This document shows positions 1 to 13,680 of a stretch of 64,000 nucleotides of DNA, piece after piece. The position numbers and the translations under genes are program-made. This DNA comes from Rhina ancylostomus (Eukaryota): assembly GCA_030265395.1 (NCBI GenBank), contig JARFYF010000064.1, positions 11,775,633-11,839,632 on the forward strand. The letters are read 5' to 3'. Below the pieces are notes generated by a model. That model did not search any database. It worked only from the letters and a program-made list of their open reading frames with translations, and was not told the origin of the DNA. Position 1 is the first letter of the stretch. Each line of letters opens with the position of its first letter.

Positions 1-309
1 GGCACCAATGCTCAATACAAGAGGGCATGGCTTTAAAGTAATGGGTGGGAAGTTCAAGGGAGATATCAGAGGAAGGTATTTTACCCAGAGGGTGGTTGGG
101 GCATGGAATGCGCTGTTTGGGGCAGTGGTGGAGGCAGGTACATTGTTCAAATTCAAGAGATTACTAGATAAGCATATGGAGGAATTTAAAATAAAGGAAT
201 CTGTGAGAGGAAGGGGTTAGATAGTCTTAGGTGAGGTTTAACAGTCGGCACAACATTGTGAGCCAAAGGGCCTGTATTGTGCTGTACTGTTCTATGTTCT
301 GTGTCCTAA
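1..309 (+). mobile_element. CR1-clade LINE 3' end (ORF2 C-terminus and 3' tail), truncated by window start
   Basis: Translation NTRGHGFKVMGGKFKGDIRGRYFTQRVVGAWNAL matches the CR1 ORF2 C-terminal motif TRGH...FFTQRVV..WN.L. It ends in the tail gggcctgtattgtgctgtactgttctatgttct. Confidence 0.92.
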
Positions 310-3232
310 TAAAAACTAACTGGCCTAGAAATACAATCATATAGCACTATTTATTTCACTTCATTGGACTAGGATACCACTGAGGTAGGTTCCGTTACTT
401 GCCTTCTATCCTTTGGATCTTTCCTTAACCATGGCACCAATCCTCCCACTCATTGATTTAACTGCCATTCTTCACTTCCTATCACATCTGACCTGCAACT
501 CTCTGATCTCCCAACTCTTTGAAATTCCAACCTCTGAAATCCTTGATTGCCAACCTCTTGACCCACTAAACTTTCCAAGAGGAACCCTGAACTTTACCAG
601 CACTCTCACTCATCACACCCTATCCTCCAAGTTGGTAATTATTAGCCAGCCAAAACCCCACCACCTAAGGCCCTGATTAGGCCTCCATTATCTGCAACCC
701 CCTCATCCCCAGTGCTGTTTGGCTTCTGATAAAGCACCCTCATACCCTGGCCTCCATGTCCAAACACCCATGAACTTTTAACCCATTAGACTACTGACAT
801 TTCCATCACTACTCCCATTCCTTGGATGGGGCCAAACATTATCCACACTCTTCAGCTCTGAAGACAAAATGTATAATGTCCACAAGCATCCATAACAATA
901 ATCAATGGACCATGAAACAACCATATAGCAGACTTCATGCCACACTGCAAGTTCTAGACCTCAGTGTATTAACTAGAACAATTGTAAAAAAAAAGATAGT
1001 ATTCAACCAGGACCTCCACTGTAACAATATGTATTAGATCCCAAACTAATGCTTTGTAATTTATAAAGGCATCTGTTCTATATTTTTGAGTCTGAGCTGA
1101 TTAATAATCTAGCAGACGTGTAATGGAAATAGAAAACATTCACCCTGAATTAGATAGCATCTCCATTTGACCAAAGAGCAGTACTGCATTTGTAAACAGA
1201 TGGTTTGCTGATACAACTGGATAAGCAAAAAGAAGATCATGCATACTTGCATGTAAGAAAACTTGTACATTTATATATGAGACTGCATTATACTGGAGCT
1301 CAAAAGATCTCAGAAAAATCTTTCCCACATTAGGATAGCAGCAATATTACAATGTACTTCATTGATTAACTCTCATACCTCACCTTCAAGCTGAAGTAAG
1401 CAACGGGTTCTTAAATTGTTATGACTTCATAGCTATGCTTTTTAACGGACAAGGTGATTTTTTTTTTTGTTCTTGTTGAAGCATTCTTGTATTCTTCATT
1501 TGATAGCTCTTAATTTTTCTAATTCCCCTCTCTAATAAACTAGTATATTTGAGATGCTACCTAACTTTCATCATTATTTTACATTAACATTGCTTTCTAA
1601 AGATTATTTCCTTTCTAAATCCCTGTGCACAGTGGGGACAACATGTGGAGCTGTCAGTATGCATTGAAATCACATTTACCACCTACTGAGAAACTGTTAG
1701 GCAACAGGAAACTGGAAGCAGGCTATGAATAGGTAAGTGAACTGTCCCAGAGTGATCTACAGATGACTACCTCCACTCTAATCCTGCATCATAAATTTAT
1801 GATCATATCAATGAGTATGTATGTAGTAACAACATTAACATGAAATGTAATACAATGTATTACATTTTTGAGATTAAATTTATAAATTTCAATTTTCACA
1901 TATTTAAATCAAAATTCTTGAAGGATTCGTAGAATTCCATACCACCAAAGAATAGAGGGAAATAGTCCTTGTAACTTCAAATTTCAGAAGGCAATTCAAT
2001 TGTTGCTTCATGATAATCTGAGGATAATTATTTAGCATTTAATCCCTTCTAAACAATATATATGACGCTTGTAACATAAAATAAAATTGACAATTTCACA
2101 ATTAGCAATTGCAAAACATAAGTTTATAACCAGAGACAATGATATGAGCAACAAAATTGCTAGTTGCAAACTACAAAACTGAAAACAACCAATTCAGGCC
2201 ACTGAATGCTATTTATGCTAAAAATGATCTAACCTGAGGGAAAGATCAGCTGGACCCCAACATTATATTCTTGTCCTGAAATATGGACTATGAAAACTTT
2301 GCTATTTACTGTTACGTTATTGGTGAATTGTGTTTACTCATGCTTTCCATGCCTTCAAGTCATGAAGAACTAATGATTATGGGAGCAGCTTGAGAAATAA
2401 TTTGCTTGCCATGAGTTTCAAAAGGAAAATTATATTTTAAAAGTCAACATAAAAATGAGTTACCTCCTGATTTAAATTAACAGAAAAAGGGGCAGATTAA
2501 GTATATGCAATAAACAATTGAAAATTACTATTCATGATGCATAATTTCAATGATATAATCTGATAAACATGAGAATGAAGCTCAAACTCTAACTATGTTA
2601 TATTCAGATCCTGTTTAAAAGCTATTTCATTTCAGGACTTTTTATTGCAAGCAGCAGGTGTCATGACCACCAGCTATTGCCAGCGCATTCCCTGCTGTGT
2701 GATGGCATCCTTAAGAAAGGAGAAAAGATTGTGACTTAACCACTGCAATTTACTATTATTAATGGATCTAATCAGGAAACACCACAGTGCATATTATACC
2801 CTTTTAAATTTAAAATTGACTAGTTACAAAACTAGAATTGCCTTTCAAATTATCTTAAATTTGTTATTAGAAAAGAACAGTAACATTTTGTGGAATTCCT
2901 TCAGTAGACAGAAAGCGTGTGGAGAATCTTTGAGTGCAGACTTTATTTTAAAAGTCAAAGCTGGTAGCCTAAAAAGTACAGGTAAATATCATATAGACAT
3001 TTATCATTAATGTACCTTATAAAATAAATACATTAATGCAAAAGTGGAACTTTTTATACCTATGTGAAGCATTCACATGTTAGAATTGTACAGCTATTTC
3101 TGAGTTCATACAAAATCTAAATCAATCTATGCTTTCAAAAAAGTATAAAAATGAAAGGTGCCTAAAACTTGCAAAATTTTAGGATTGCTGGTGCCAAGTG
3201 CTCTTGCTCTTGCTCTTGTAACTGTAAATAAT

Positions 3233-3826
3233 AGCCCAGATCTTCTGACTCCACCTCTTAACCACATAAATGACTGCCAAGGGAAGGCAGAAGTCCTGAT
3301 CAGTTGATCACTGAGCCCTGGAAAGTGTGCTGTGCTATTGGACTCCTCATTGAGTCCTACAGGGCAGCATAAATTTCAGAAGGAATCACCACACAGACTG
3401 AGAACTTTGTTTGCATCTCCAGTAGGTTCATTCATTTCAACTGAAAGAAATAGTTTTAGACCAAAGTTAAAATCTAAGATTGTTAAATTCATTTAATTGT
3501 TTTCATTGCTTCCTATTGTCTGCTTATTTTGTTTTTGACATTTTAATTTTCTTTCTTAATAATTTTTAAGTATTTTGGTAAGTTTCATTCACAAGCATTC
3601 AATCCCAATAACAGCTTTGATAGCCTATTAGCCTGCCAGTAGGGTTTAATTCATTCTCAAAGCAACTTTGAGGGTGGAGCCGGTCAATTTCACTTAAGAA
3701 AGATTGTGTGACTTGCTGAGCAGCTGGGAACCAGCTTCTCAGTGGAAGGTTAGACCTGGAGACCCACTCCAGAGAAGAGCAGCCTTAAAGGGCAGATATA
3801 TGGCAAATAATGAGATTTGTCTGAGC
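3233..3826. mobile_element. Degenerate non-autonomous DNA-transposon-like element (GGCCCAGATTTT-type termini), related to 55346-55960
   Basis: Ends are agcccagatctt and gtctgagcc. The internal gggtggagc...caatttcact motif and an AT-rich core are shared with 55346-55960. Confidence 0.3.
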
Positions 3827-4299
3827 CAATATTAAAGATTTTTTCAGTACTGAAATGCTAGTGTTGTCCTGGAAGTATGTTCCAAGACTGGCAGTTTCCA
3901 AAGATAATGTCTAAATTTTATGTATTTTCTCATCAAATGGGTCACCTAATGTCAAGCTTGCCTTTACACATAAGGTTATGTTTGCATAATGATAGATCAA
4001 AATACAGACAATACGTAGAATGGTTTGAACAACTGGTTTGTATTCACATCAGCATAGCAATTAGAATTTCTTAACAACCAGATGTATAGCAATAGATCAG
4101 AAGTGATGTACAAATTAAACTTAATTTGTTTTATTTTATTATTTTATTTTATTAAATTTTGTTTTATTAAATTGTTTAATTTGTTTTTTACAAATGCTTG
4201 TTCAATAGATCTTTAATGGCCTGCTTTAATGCTCTGCTGCACATTGTTCATTTAGTATGTTTATAACAATAGAATAGATTAAAAAATTTGGGTCTCATT

Positions 4300-5245
4300 T
4301 ATGTGCCACCTTAGACCATCTCTACCTCCATAAGGCTATACTCTGGTCTTTCCTCCGTTCATCTGCTGTCAAAACATTCATCCATGAGGTAACTGATTCA
4401 ATGCCCTCTTGGCTGACTTCTCTCATTCTNNNNNNNNNNNNNNNNNNNNNNNNNNNNNNNNNNNNNNNNNNNNNNNNNNNNNNNNNNNNNNNNNNNNNNN
4501 NNNNNNNNNNNNNNNNNNNNNNNNNNNNNNNNNNNNNNNNNNNNNNNNNNNNNNNNNNNNNNNNNNNNNNNNNNNNNNNNNNNNNNNNNNNNNNNNNNNN
4601 NNNNNNNNNNNNNNNNNNNNNNNNNNNNNNNNNNNNNNNNNNNNNNNNNNNNNNNNNNNNNNNNNNNNNNNNNNNNNNNNNNNNNNNNNNNNNNNNNNNN
4701 NNNNNNNNNNNNNNNNNNNNNNNNNNNNNNNNNNNNNNNNNNNNNNNNNNNNNNNNNNNNNNNNNNNNNNNNNNNNNNNNNNNNNNNNNNNNNNNNNNNN
4801 NNNNNNNNNNNNNNNNNNNNNNNNNNNNNNNNNNNNNNNNNNNNNNNNNNNNNNNNNNNNNNNNNNNNNNNNNNNNNNNNNNNNNNNNNNNNNNNNNNNN
4901 NNNNNNNNNNNNNNNNNNNNNNNNNNNNNNNNNNNNNNNNNNNNNNACCATCCAAAATCTGCCATTAATATCCTGACTTGCATTTTATTCAAGTTTTATT
5001 CAAACATCACCCTGTCCTTGTCAGTGTACACAGGATTCTGATTAAACAATGCCTTGATTTTAAAATTATCACCTTTACTTTCATACCACTTCAATTGCTC
5101 CTATATTGACAGTTATGTCTTCAGCTGCCAAAGCCATGAACTTCAGAATTCCCTCCCAAAATCTCTGTACCTCTTGATCTCTCATTCTTCCTTTAAGATT
5201 CTCCTTAGAACATACATCTTTGACCAAGCCTTTAGTCATCTGTTC
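4300..5245 (+). mobile_element. L2-clade LINE 3' end, degraded, spanning the 517-N gap (4430-4946)
   Basis: Decayed coding resembles L2 ORF2: IH...NALLA | IQNSA..IL...NITxxL...LDFKI. It is followed by L2-like aattccctcccaaaatctct...tcctttaag...ctttgaccaagccttt. Confidence 0.75.
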
Positions 5246-6249
5246 TTGTTCTCTCATTTGGCTGAGTTGGAGCAAAAATTATAAATCCAGTTGTTACTCA
5301 GTCTGAATTGTCTTGAGGACAGCAAGTATGTCTGTAACATCACAATTATTATATGGTCCATAGTTCGAGAGTATTGCCACTGTCACATTCTGCAGAACTC
5401 GTGATACACCATTTGCATATACAATGAGCAAGGTGGCCATGCCCTGTTCAGATCCAATTTAAAACTTTTTATATTTTATTCATTCTCCAAACCAGGAGAG
5501 TTTATTGTTGGGTCATGTCTTTTTTCTNNNNNNNNNNTTCTGTGAAATGTGCTTTCCTGCAAGCTGATATGGTATAGAGTGCTACAAAAGTGTATGCACA
5601 TGTAAACAAAGATGTCTGGGACAAAAAGTACCAAGTTGGCAGATTTATTGAAACTCTATGGACAGAGAGATCTGAGTTGTAGCTTTCATAAGAGTGATTC
5701 CAGATACAGCTTATCCAGAGGAATATCCTGAGGAACAATATTGGCCAGCACCTGTATTGGTGCTGGCCAGAACTGAATTGGTGGAGGTTTCAAGGTTCTG
5801 CCAATAGCATACTTAGGAAATTAGGCTGGGCATCCACATATTTGTCCAGCCTGGTGTACAGTACTTAGCTGTTGAAAAGACCAAAAGCATAGGCGAGTTG
5901 TGGAATACTCCCTCAGTGATGCCCTAGCTCGTTTTTCACCCTATGTTCACCTAGCTCTTTACCTTTTTAGTTGTTTTTTGAGGATTACCAGTAAAGGTCA
6001 AGGTTGACTGAACATCCAATTCCTTCATCTTGCCAAGTGTCTTTTATGTGGCTTGTTTGATATCTTTCCTATTAAGATCCTTAAGATAATTTTGCTTTTG
6101 AGGTGTAATACAAATGGAAGCTACTTTTGATGTCATAGAGTACCACATAGACACTGTGGCTTCAAAATCAGGGTATCTAATTCAGTGAAACATTTGGCAG
6201 AAATAAAAGAAAAACACACTTCCACAGAAGTTTCTTTATAATCAAATTC

Positions 6250-6352
6250 TTGGGTATCAAAAGGAAATGGAGTTGAGTTGTAGATTAGCCAGGATCTAAT
6301 TAAGTGGCTGTGCAGGGCTTGGGGACTCAGTAAGCTACCTCTGTTCCTTATG
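6250..6352 (+). mobile_element. CR1 3' UTR/tail fragment
   Basis: gtagattagccaggatctaattaagtggc...ctacctctgttccttatg matches the CR1 tails at ~28500 and ~38230. Confidence 0.65.
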
Positions 6353-6994
6353 AATTTGCTGGAAAAATTGCTGGTAGTTAGACTACTGTTTTAAATTTAC
6401 AACAGTTGGCCACCGTTCAAAGCAAATCTCCATTCCACAAAGGTGTATCCAAGATGATAATTTATATATAAATCTTTTGCAAAGGAAACAATTACTTTTG
6501 CAGGAATAGAATTTAAAAATTAAAACTTGCAACTGACCTATAATTAGAAACAATTTGAACTTTGAGGACCACAGCAAGTGATGAATGACCTTTGAAAACC
6601 ATGTCCATTTGTCCATCTGTCTTTCTTTTATTCTTTACATTGATCATTTTACTTCATTGGGTTGTGGCCAAAGATGAAGACCTAATAAAGTATTTTCATG
6701 TCTGGAGGAAATATGTTTCTGACTTGGGGACAAGAAAAATAACAGAACCACCATAGTGGAAAATATCTTGGCTTCTACATATTTCTTTCTGTTCACAATA
6801 TGCTGTTAAGTGCTCCATAGTATAAAATTATGGTACAAGTTGTTTATTATCATCAATACTATTTCACAAAATGGTGAAGGGTTTGGAGCATATTTGTAAG
6901 TAAAGTAAATGCATTTATGTTCAGTAAAAACTCCAATAATCTGCCATCCAATTGTTTGGAAATCATAATTGTTTTCCAGGCTCCTTCTAAAAAA

Positions 6995-7433
6995 AAACTG
7001 GGCCCAGTTTATGCACTCCCTCTAATACCCCATGGCCCTGGATACCACACTTCCTCTAAAACACCACAGTCCTGGTCCCTGTGGTCCATTTAAACTCACT
7101 GGAGCCCCAGTTCCCATGCCCCCTTCAAACTCACCAGGGCCCCAGTTCCTGTGCTACCTCTAATCTCACCAAGGCCCTACTCTCAAGTTTCCTTTTAAAT
7201 TCTCAGGGTCCCCACTTTCCATACTCCCTCTAACACATCAGGGTGCCAATTCCCACATTCTTTTTAACGTATCAGGGGCCCAGTTCCTTTATACTCTTTA
7301 AACTCACTGGACCCAGTTTCCATGTTTCTTAAGCTCACTAGAGCTCCTTTTAAATTCACTGGGGCCCAGCTTCCCACACTTCCTTAAGACTCAGCTGTGC
7401 CCTGTTTCCCATCCTCCCCTAAAATTCACCTGG
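6995..7433 (+). repeat. Degenerate ~35-bp minisatellite, about 12 units (approx. TAAACTCACTGGGGCCCCAGTTCCCATGCTCCCTT)
   Basis: Repeated aaactcac(t/c)(g/a)gggccccagttccc...ccttt units are directly visible. Confidence 0.85.
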
Positions 7434-7820
7434 TGTCACGATGTTGAGCGAAGAGCAAGCTCACAAAGAACCCAAATGCGGCACACTGGTACGAGACTGG
7501 AGTCAGGATGCTTCTGCAGCAACTGGAAGGAATCTTGCCTTAGGGCTCTGAGGGTGAGTCCAAACACAAAATCTGGATATCCTAAGAGGAACAGTGAAAC
7601 CAGGACTGCTCTAGAGTTGCCAACTCTAAACAGTCAGGAGACAATGTATACTCAAAGGTTGACCAATGCTCTGGCTACTAGTGCTAGAGAAACCAGGGTT
7701 CTTACGCTAGGCCCCTGATGGGGCTCGGGTGTGTGTCGTTATGCAACTATTCGTACATGGAATCCATGTGCTGTACAACAAGGCACCATCAATCGAGGGC
7801 CAGTACTTGGATCCATGACA
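7434..7820. mobile_element. Solo-LTR-like element (387 bp), complete copy
   Basis: TGTCACG...CATGACA termini and a perfect 5-bp TSD CCTGG (7429-7433 / 7821-7825). Four related copies occur in the window. Confidence 0.88.
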
Positions 7821-8609
7821 CCTGGTTCTGTTACCTGCACTCCCTTACAATTTACCACGTTCATTGGAAAATGTATTATACTACTGCACTATGCAACATT
7901 TTTTTAAAAAGTTGAATTAAAAGTGTGTTGGCATTTTAATTGGAATGACGTGCCATAGTCTGGAAAATCTGTCACCAAAGTCCCAGGCATGCTAGATTAA
8001 TGGTTTTACAGTATTCTGAAATATTTTATTTTCCTTTTTAAAGTCAACACAATCAGTAGACAAATGAAGAAAAGGATTTTTTTTTTATAATTTGTAACAA
8101 AATTCTAAATGTATGTTTCAAACATATTTATGACTGAAGTTGAAATAAACAGGAAAATCTTAGCCTTATAGCTCAAGAAGATCTTCCGGAACAAAACTCT
8201 GCATTGTGTCTGTCTTATGGCCTTTCCTTCATTCAGACCTCTGACTAACTATACATTTCTTATTCAGCTCCAACCTTCTACAGGACATATCCAGCAGGAC
8301 ACATGGTTTATTGATATATGTGCTTTCATAAAACTCCCACGCAAATTGACTCTCACTTAACAGCACAAACTTTTCTGACAGTGCCTGCAATGATTTGTAG
8401 CCTAAGTGCATCAATGGGATATGCTAGGAAAAGACTGAATATAATTTGAAAGAACTTTGTAATGATACATATATTATGTACCAAATTGCATCAACATAAT
8501 TTTCAGTGATTTCAGAAATTAGTGTTTATTACTGAATTATAACAATTTCAGAGATTGTATGTGGTCACTAATTTCCTTAGTTCACTCTCTTCCTTAATGT
8601 ATTTCTTTA

Positions 8610-8751
8610 AATATATGAATAAGTATGTGAATAGGAGGGGTTTAGAGGGCTATGGGCCAAAAGTGGGAATATGTGGCAAGCTTAGTGGGCATCATGGTTG
8701 GCCAGAAGGCCTGTTTCTATGTTGTATTCCTCTGTGACTCTCAACTCTATG
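8610..8751 (+). mobile_element. CR1 (HER1-like) extreme 3' end
   Basis: Translation YMNKYVNRRGLEGYGP followed by gaaggcctgtttctatgttgtat...gactctcaactctatga tail. Confidence 0.8.
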
Positions 8752-9080
8752 ATAGATACAGGAATGATATTTCCCATGGCTGAGGTGTCTAGAGCCAAGG
8801 GTCACAGTTTTAAACTAAAGAATCAGCCATTCAGACAGAGATCAGATTAACTTCCTTCATCAGAGGATAGCGAATCTTTGGAGAGGTGTGGAATCTCAAT
8901 TGTTGAGTATATACAAGGCAAAGATTGATAGATATTTTGGATATAAGGGAATCAAGGAATATGGGTTAATGCAAGAAGCTGGCACTCATATGAAAGATCA
9001 CCATGATCTGATTGAAGGCCAGAGAGGTGAAGGGACTGAATGGCCCACAGTTGCTTCTATTTCTTATATTCTTATGTTTT
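8752..9080 (+). mobile_element. CR1 3' end, second subfamily
   Basis: Coding remnants FP...SRAKGHSFK and KAKIDRYFGYKGIKEYG, then the tail gcttctatttcttatattcttatg. Confidence 0.85.
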
Positions 9081-10039
9081 GCATTTTCTTCCAACTGCCA
9101 TAATTGAAACTTGTGTCATTGGTGCCTCCTTGAAATAAAATTTCCATTTAACAGGAAATGGAAAAATAGTATTTTAATATAATTAATGACCTACTTGAAA
9201 AAGAAATTGTAACTATGTGCAATTTCTGAGAATAAATTTCTTTAGCAAATCCCTAGTTAGAAAAATAAGACATTTTGGAAGAAAACTTTCATATCATAAT
9301 TGAAAAGAATGACGAATCAATACCAAACACAGCCAAACAAACCAGACTGGTGTAGCAGCTTAATACTTGGTGGAAAACTGCTAAATTTTACCCTATTCTG
9401 AGAAAAAAAAATGATGTTCTAGACTGCTAATTACAAGCCTTACATTACAGTAATCACAGAGTGCAATAGGTGATAACCGTTTAAGTATAACAAATTATGG
9501 ATTGCATGCCAATAAAAATAACATGAAGTTAACTATAAAAGAAACCTAGGTTCAAATTACAGCTTCATTTCCTGCAGACTACTCCATTTCCAAAATTTGC
9601 CAGATTCATAAAAGAAAATAATGTTCATCACAGTTATAGACAAATGTAATTATTAATAGAGATTCTTTCATTTGAAGTTCCACTTATATCCTGAGATATA
9701 TACTGATGCTTTTGTTATCTCCAAACTTGAGTTTTCTAATGATCTGTTTCTGTCCTTCCATCTTCCATCTGTGCAGTTCAGTTAATTCAAAATTTTGTTG
9801 CTTATATGCTATTATAGATAAAATCCAGTGCACTTATTATACTGTAGTCTTGTTGGAAAATTAGCACAGCCTGACTTGTTAGACATGTACTACAGCCCTG
9901 CATTTTGCAATTTATTATGGTCCCCTATATTCTGTCTAACCTTCCTCATTTATGCTCTCTAATTGCCCCTATTAACCAGATGACCTCTACAACTTATAGC
10001 AATCCTGACCATGCGCTTCCACAGATATTTTGACCTTTT

Positions 10040-10320
10040 CATCTCCCCCCCCCCCACCCTGATNNNNNNNNNNNNNNNNNNNNNNNNNNNNNNNNNNNNN
10101 NNNNNNNNNNNNNNNNNNNNNNNNNNNNNNNNNNNNNNNNNNNNNNNNNNNNNNNNNNNNNNNCCACATCCATTTACCCCCCCCACCCTGATTCACTGCA
10201 ACTGAAACCAATGTTTTTTTTTCTCCCTTTCCACGTTCATGCAAAGTCTTCAAGCTGAAACATCAACACTATTTTCCTTTCCACAATGCTGCCTGGCCTG
10301 CTTGTGTTTCCAGCATCTCA
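10040..10320 (+). mobile_element. Penelope-like element pseudo-LTR/3' fragment
   Basis: ctgaaacatcaac...tttccacaatgctgcctggcctgcttgtgtttccagcat matches the tail of the Penelope-like element at 52560-52912. Confidence 0.6.
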
Positions 10321-10329
10321 ATTTAATTC

Positions 10330-10710
10330 AACAGGTCCTCTAGATTTAACCCTCAAATCTCAAATATCATTTTGACTAATTTGCCCAGATCTGCATCCCT
10401 CCCCCACCCACCCAGACCCCCTTATGGGTACTAGGTATTTGCTTAAGTCTAGTATTCGAAACTGAACACAGTACTTCAGATGGGAAACTCCATAAAATAA
10501 ACACATAACTTTCTCCCTTCATGTTCCAATTCCTTTGTCGATGAGGAACAAAAGCCAATCTGTTATCGTTTTTGCTTGACTTTTATACTTGACTACTAGC
10601 TTTTAATAGAGTTATCCAGATTTCCTGACTCCTAGAATGTACTCTGAACTATCTTTGTTGAGTGTAAGATGGATGACCTCGTATCTTCACAGAATGAATT
10701 CCATCTGCTT
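10330..10710 (-). mobile_element. Highly degraded CR1 fragment
   Basis: aactgaacacagtacttcagatg is the reverse complement of the HLEYCVQFW-coding region. gatgacctc...aatgaattccatctgc is the reverse complement of the WQMEFN region. Confidence 0.6.
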
Positions 10711-12254
10711 TGGAGGGAAAAAAGCGTAAACTCTTGGCTATTTAATGAAACCTGCAACAGTTAATAAAAGGTTTAACCTGATCCACTTAGGCCATTTTGA
10801 CAGGAAATATTTTAATGCCATGGACTCATTTGAAAGAATCCTGTGATCAGCTATGTAGATACCCATTTAAATCTAGGCAGTGTGTCATGGTGATTCCAAG
10901 TTCTATTTTTCATTTATCCGTATGTGTGTCTGTCCATCTCAATGTTTTGGCTAACCACCCTCTTTTTTCAACAATGCTATTTCACCTGCTCGAGATCATC
11001 TGTTCAGCCCATCAAAAATGTCCTAAAAGTGAGACTTCATGGTATAACTTACAGTATAATATTATTTTCCTAGTGTTTTGCTTCCACTTAGTGTTCCATT
11101 TAGAGTGGTGCACATGAAAAAGAGAAAGTCATCCAAATGAGAAAGAGTGAATTGAGTGACAGGCAGTGCTGGGACTCAAAATTAAAATCAACTGCTGAAG
11201 TGTTTGGATCATTCACCAACAGCTATTTTAATTTTTCAAAACATATTCATCATTGTTGCATTACGCTATGTTCCCTTAACTATATTCAATGGTTTATTTT
11301 CTGTGCTAATTTAGAAAGAATACTCAGCACCTATTTACACAATGCCCGCAAGTTATTTGCCTACCAAACATTGCCTTGCATGTTTCCTGATTATGAATGA
11401 AAGCAAGATTAAGATAATGCATTACAAATATTTAATTATAAACATCTAAAATATCATATTTGTCTCAGATTTTTACTTTAAATTTTAGAAATCAGGTTTA
11501 ATTTGTTCCTTACTCATCAGAAACTAGTAATTTATGAAAATGAATAGAAACAAAATTATTGAATAACCATCATAAGAATGAGAACTGAAAAAAGTATGCC
11601 ATGATTTAATGACCTAAATAAAGAATATTTGGGATTAGGTATTTGTTCTTATAAATAGATAAATAAAAATTATATTAATTTCCATTTGGAGAACATATAA
11701 TGGACCCTTTCAAGTCCATATACTGTAGTTAAAGTGGGGTAATACTGGAAACAGTGCATGGAATTGAAACACTGCTGTACTACAGAATTGAAATCTGTTT
11801 CTATTTCTCGATCCAATTGTCTCAGGCAGGAGCCTCATATGTTCATTTACAATAGACTTACTTAGTACTATAGGAAAACTTTGTGCAAAGGAAGATTTCC
11901 AAAAGGAGTAACTAAGTGGCTGTGTGAAGTTCTAACTTCCAATACTTTGAAATGATGGTTCCATTATATTTGGTGTGTCAAACCAATGTTGCGTTTACTG
12001 CTAATATCTATTTGAGGCCCCTGCAAAAAATCATAAAATAGCTAAAAAGATGTTGGAAACATCATTGTTCTGATCTGCATCCACAAATATGCACAAAAGC
12101 AAGGCCCATGTGGTTCCTTACAGGACTGCACTCACTGCAATGTAGCTGCTGCTAAATTAGCTGTATTAAAATTTGAAAAGAACAGCAAACATTAAAGGCA
12201 TATACTTCCCCTCCTCACCCCCACCAAGGCAGTCAGATAACAGCAACACACAAC

Positions 12255-12536
12255 TATGACTGCCACAGAGGAAAGAGAGAAAAATTTATTGAGAGAAAAT
12301 CTGAAGACCTGTTTGTTGAAATTTATGCTAGTTTAGAGAACTTATGCATCTAGGGTAGGGAGGTGGGGAGTGGCAGCAGTGAGGAAGAGGTACAGTGGCA
12401 GAAGGTACAGGAGACACAGTGGGGCCAGGCTACAATTTGAAGAATCTCATGATCACCTCCAGGAATGAGAATCCATAAACAACAAAGAATTGTTGTAAAA
12501 CATTTCATGTACTCACAAAATAAGTCAAGATGAGTT
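12255..12536 (+). mobile_element. Putative PIF/Harbinger Myb/SANT-like gene relic
   Basis: Decayed KFIERKSEDLFVEI... and CCKTFHVLTK*VK followed by a donor-like atgagt. This resembles the Harbinger Myb-like motifs RF...LE.LV.EV and QCRKKFNDLTR.VK|gtgagt. Confidence 0.4.
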
Positions 12537-13309
12537 TCACATCATTGAAATGAATGGCCTAATGGCCTCTCAAATACAGATACAGGCACTTGCATGCACA
12601 TGCACACACACTTCCTCAATCACACAGGCCGCTACTTGACCCAACCTCCCCGACACACCCCATCTTCTCCTCCACCATGCCGAACGTCAGCCACTAACAG
12701 GAACTTGATGTTTAATGCCCTCCACCACCCCACAAAACATCAACTCTCCAAACAAGGGATAATGCAAAGGTCACACAATGGCCTTCATCTCCTTCATTTA
12801 GCTAACATAACAAGGAACAGATGGGAGGGGACTCTTTATATTTCAATGCCTCAGTGAGACCATCAAGCTGCTCCTTTGTGATATATCACTGTTTGTGAAG
12901 AGCTTCAAACTTCTCCATGTGAATTCCAGCTGAATCATGGTGAAATTACCTAAAATTAGCAAGTCTTTCTGCATCTTCTTCTGTGCCTTCAGAGGAGCTG
13001 ATGCCTGAATCAACAGGTGCTGTGCAAGAAAATCCAATTATCTAGTTGTGAGCTGAGTGAAATGATGTGTAGTTAGAGGTTGTAACTGGTAGTTCATCTG
13101 TTGTACCCCATTGTGCATCTTGGTCAACTGGTGTAATAGCTTAAAATGGACTTCAATATGAGTCAAGGGCTGTAGACTTTATTGGTTGAAATGTTAACCT
13201 AGAATAGCGGTTCAGTCTGATCAATTTGTTATGTGCATTGCTCTCGGCAGCTGTTACTATAGTACTGTGTAACTACCATTAATGGTAACTTCCAAGACCA
13301 AAAAACTAC

Positions 13310-13680
13310 ATTTTTTTGATCCAATCATGGGATGTGGACTTCGCAGGCTGAGCAAGAATTTAATTACCCATCCCTCATTGCCCTTGAGAAGGTGGTCATG
13401 AGCTGCCTTCTTGAACTGGTACAGTTCTTGAGGTGTGGTTATACCTAAAATGCTGTTTGGGAGAGAGTTCCGGAATTTTGATCCAGTGACAGTGAAGGAA
13501 CAGCAATATGTTTCCAAGTCAGGATATTGTGTGGCTTGGGGTAACTTCCAGGTGGTGGTGTTCACATGCTTTTGCTGCCCTTGTCCTTCTAGCTGGTAGA
13601 GTTTGTGGGTTTGGAAGGTGTTGTCTAAAGATTCATGGTGAGTTCATGTGATGCATCCTGTAGATGGTATGAACTGCTCC
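13310..13680 (-). mobile_element. L2/CR1-group LINE 3' end (common elasmobranch family)
   Basis: ORF 13257-13565(-) reads SFTVTGSKFRNSLPNSILGITTPQELYQFKKAAHDHLLKGN. The tail is ...cacatcccatgattggatcaaaaaaa. Confidence 0.85.

Larger units (their letters stand above)
6922..8011. mobile_element. Tigger/pogo-like (Tc1-mariner superfamily) non-autonomous element with internal minisatellite, interrupted by a solo-LTR
   Basis: Imperfect terminal inverted repeats (TIRs): cagtaaaaactccaataatctgcca at 6922 and tgctagattaatggttttacag|ta at 8011. CAGT-start TIRs and a TA flank are typical of this superfamily. Confidence 0.5.

Noticed and set aside
413-900. C-rich stretches (also 27230-27580, 31540-31840, 58690-59130 and 60100-60300) as coding sequence
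   Set aside because: The Pro/Leu/Ser-rich translations reflect base composition. They are probably very old LINE relics or low-complexity DNA, and I could not assign a family.
4322-5041. Longest ORFs in the track (185-210 aa)
   Set aside because: They are made of X residues from the 517-N gap. The flanks are nearly contiguous L2 sequence.
6995-7433. ~35-bp repeats as a CRISPR array
   Set aside because: The units are tandem and degenerate with no unique spacers, there are no cas genes, and the context is vertebrate.
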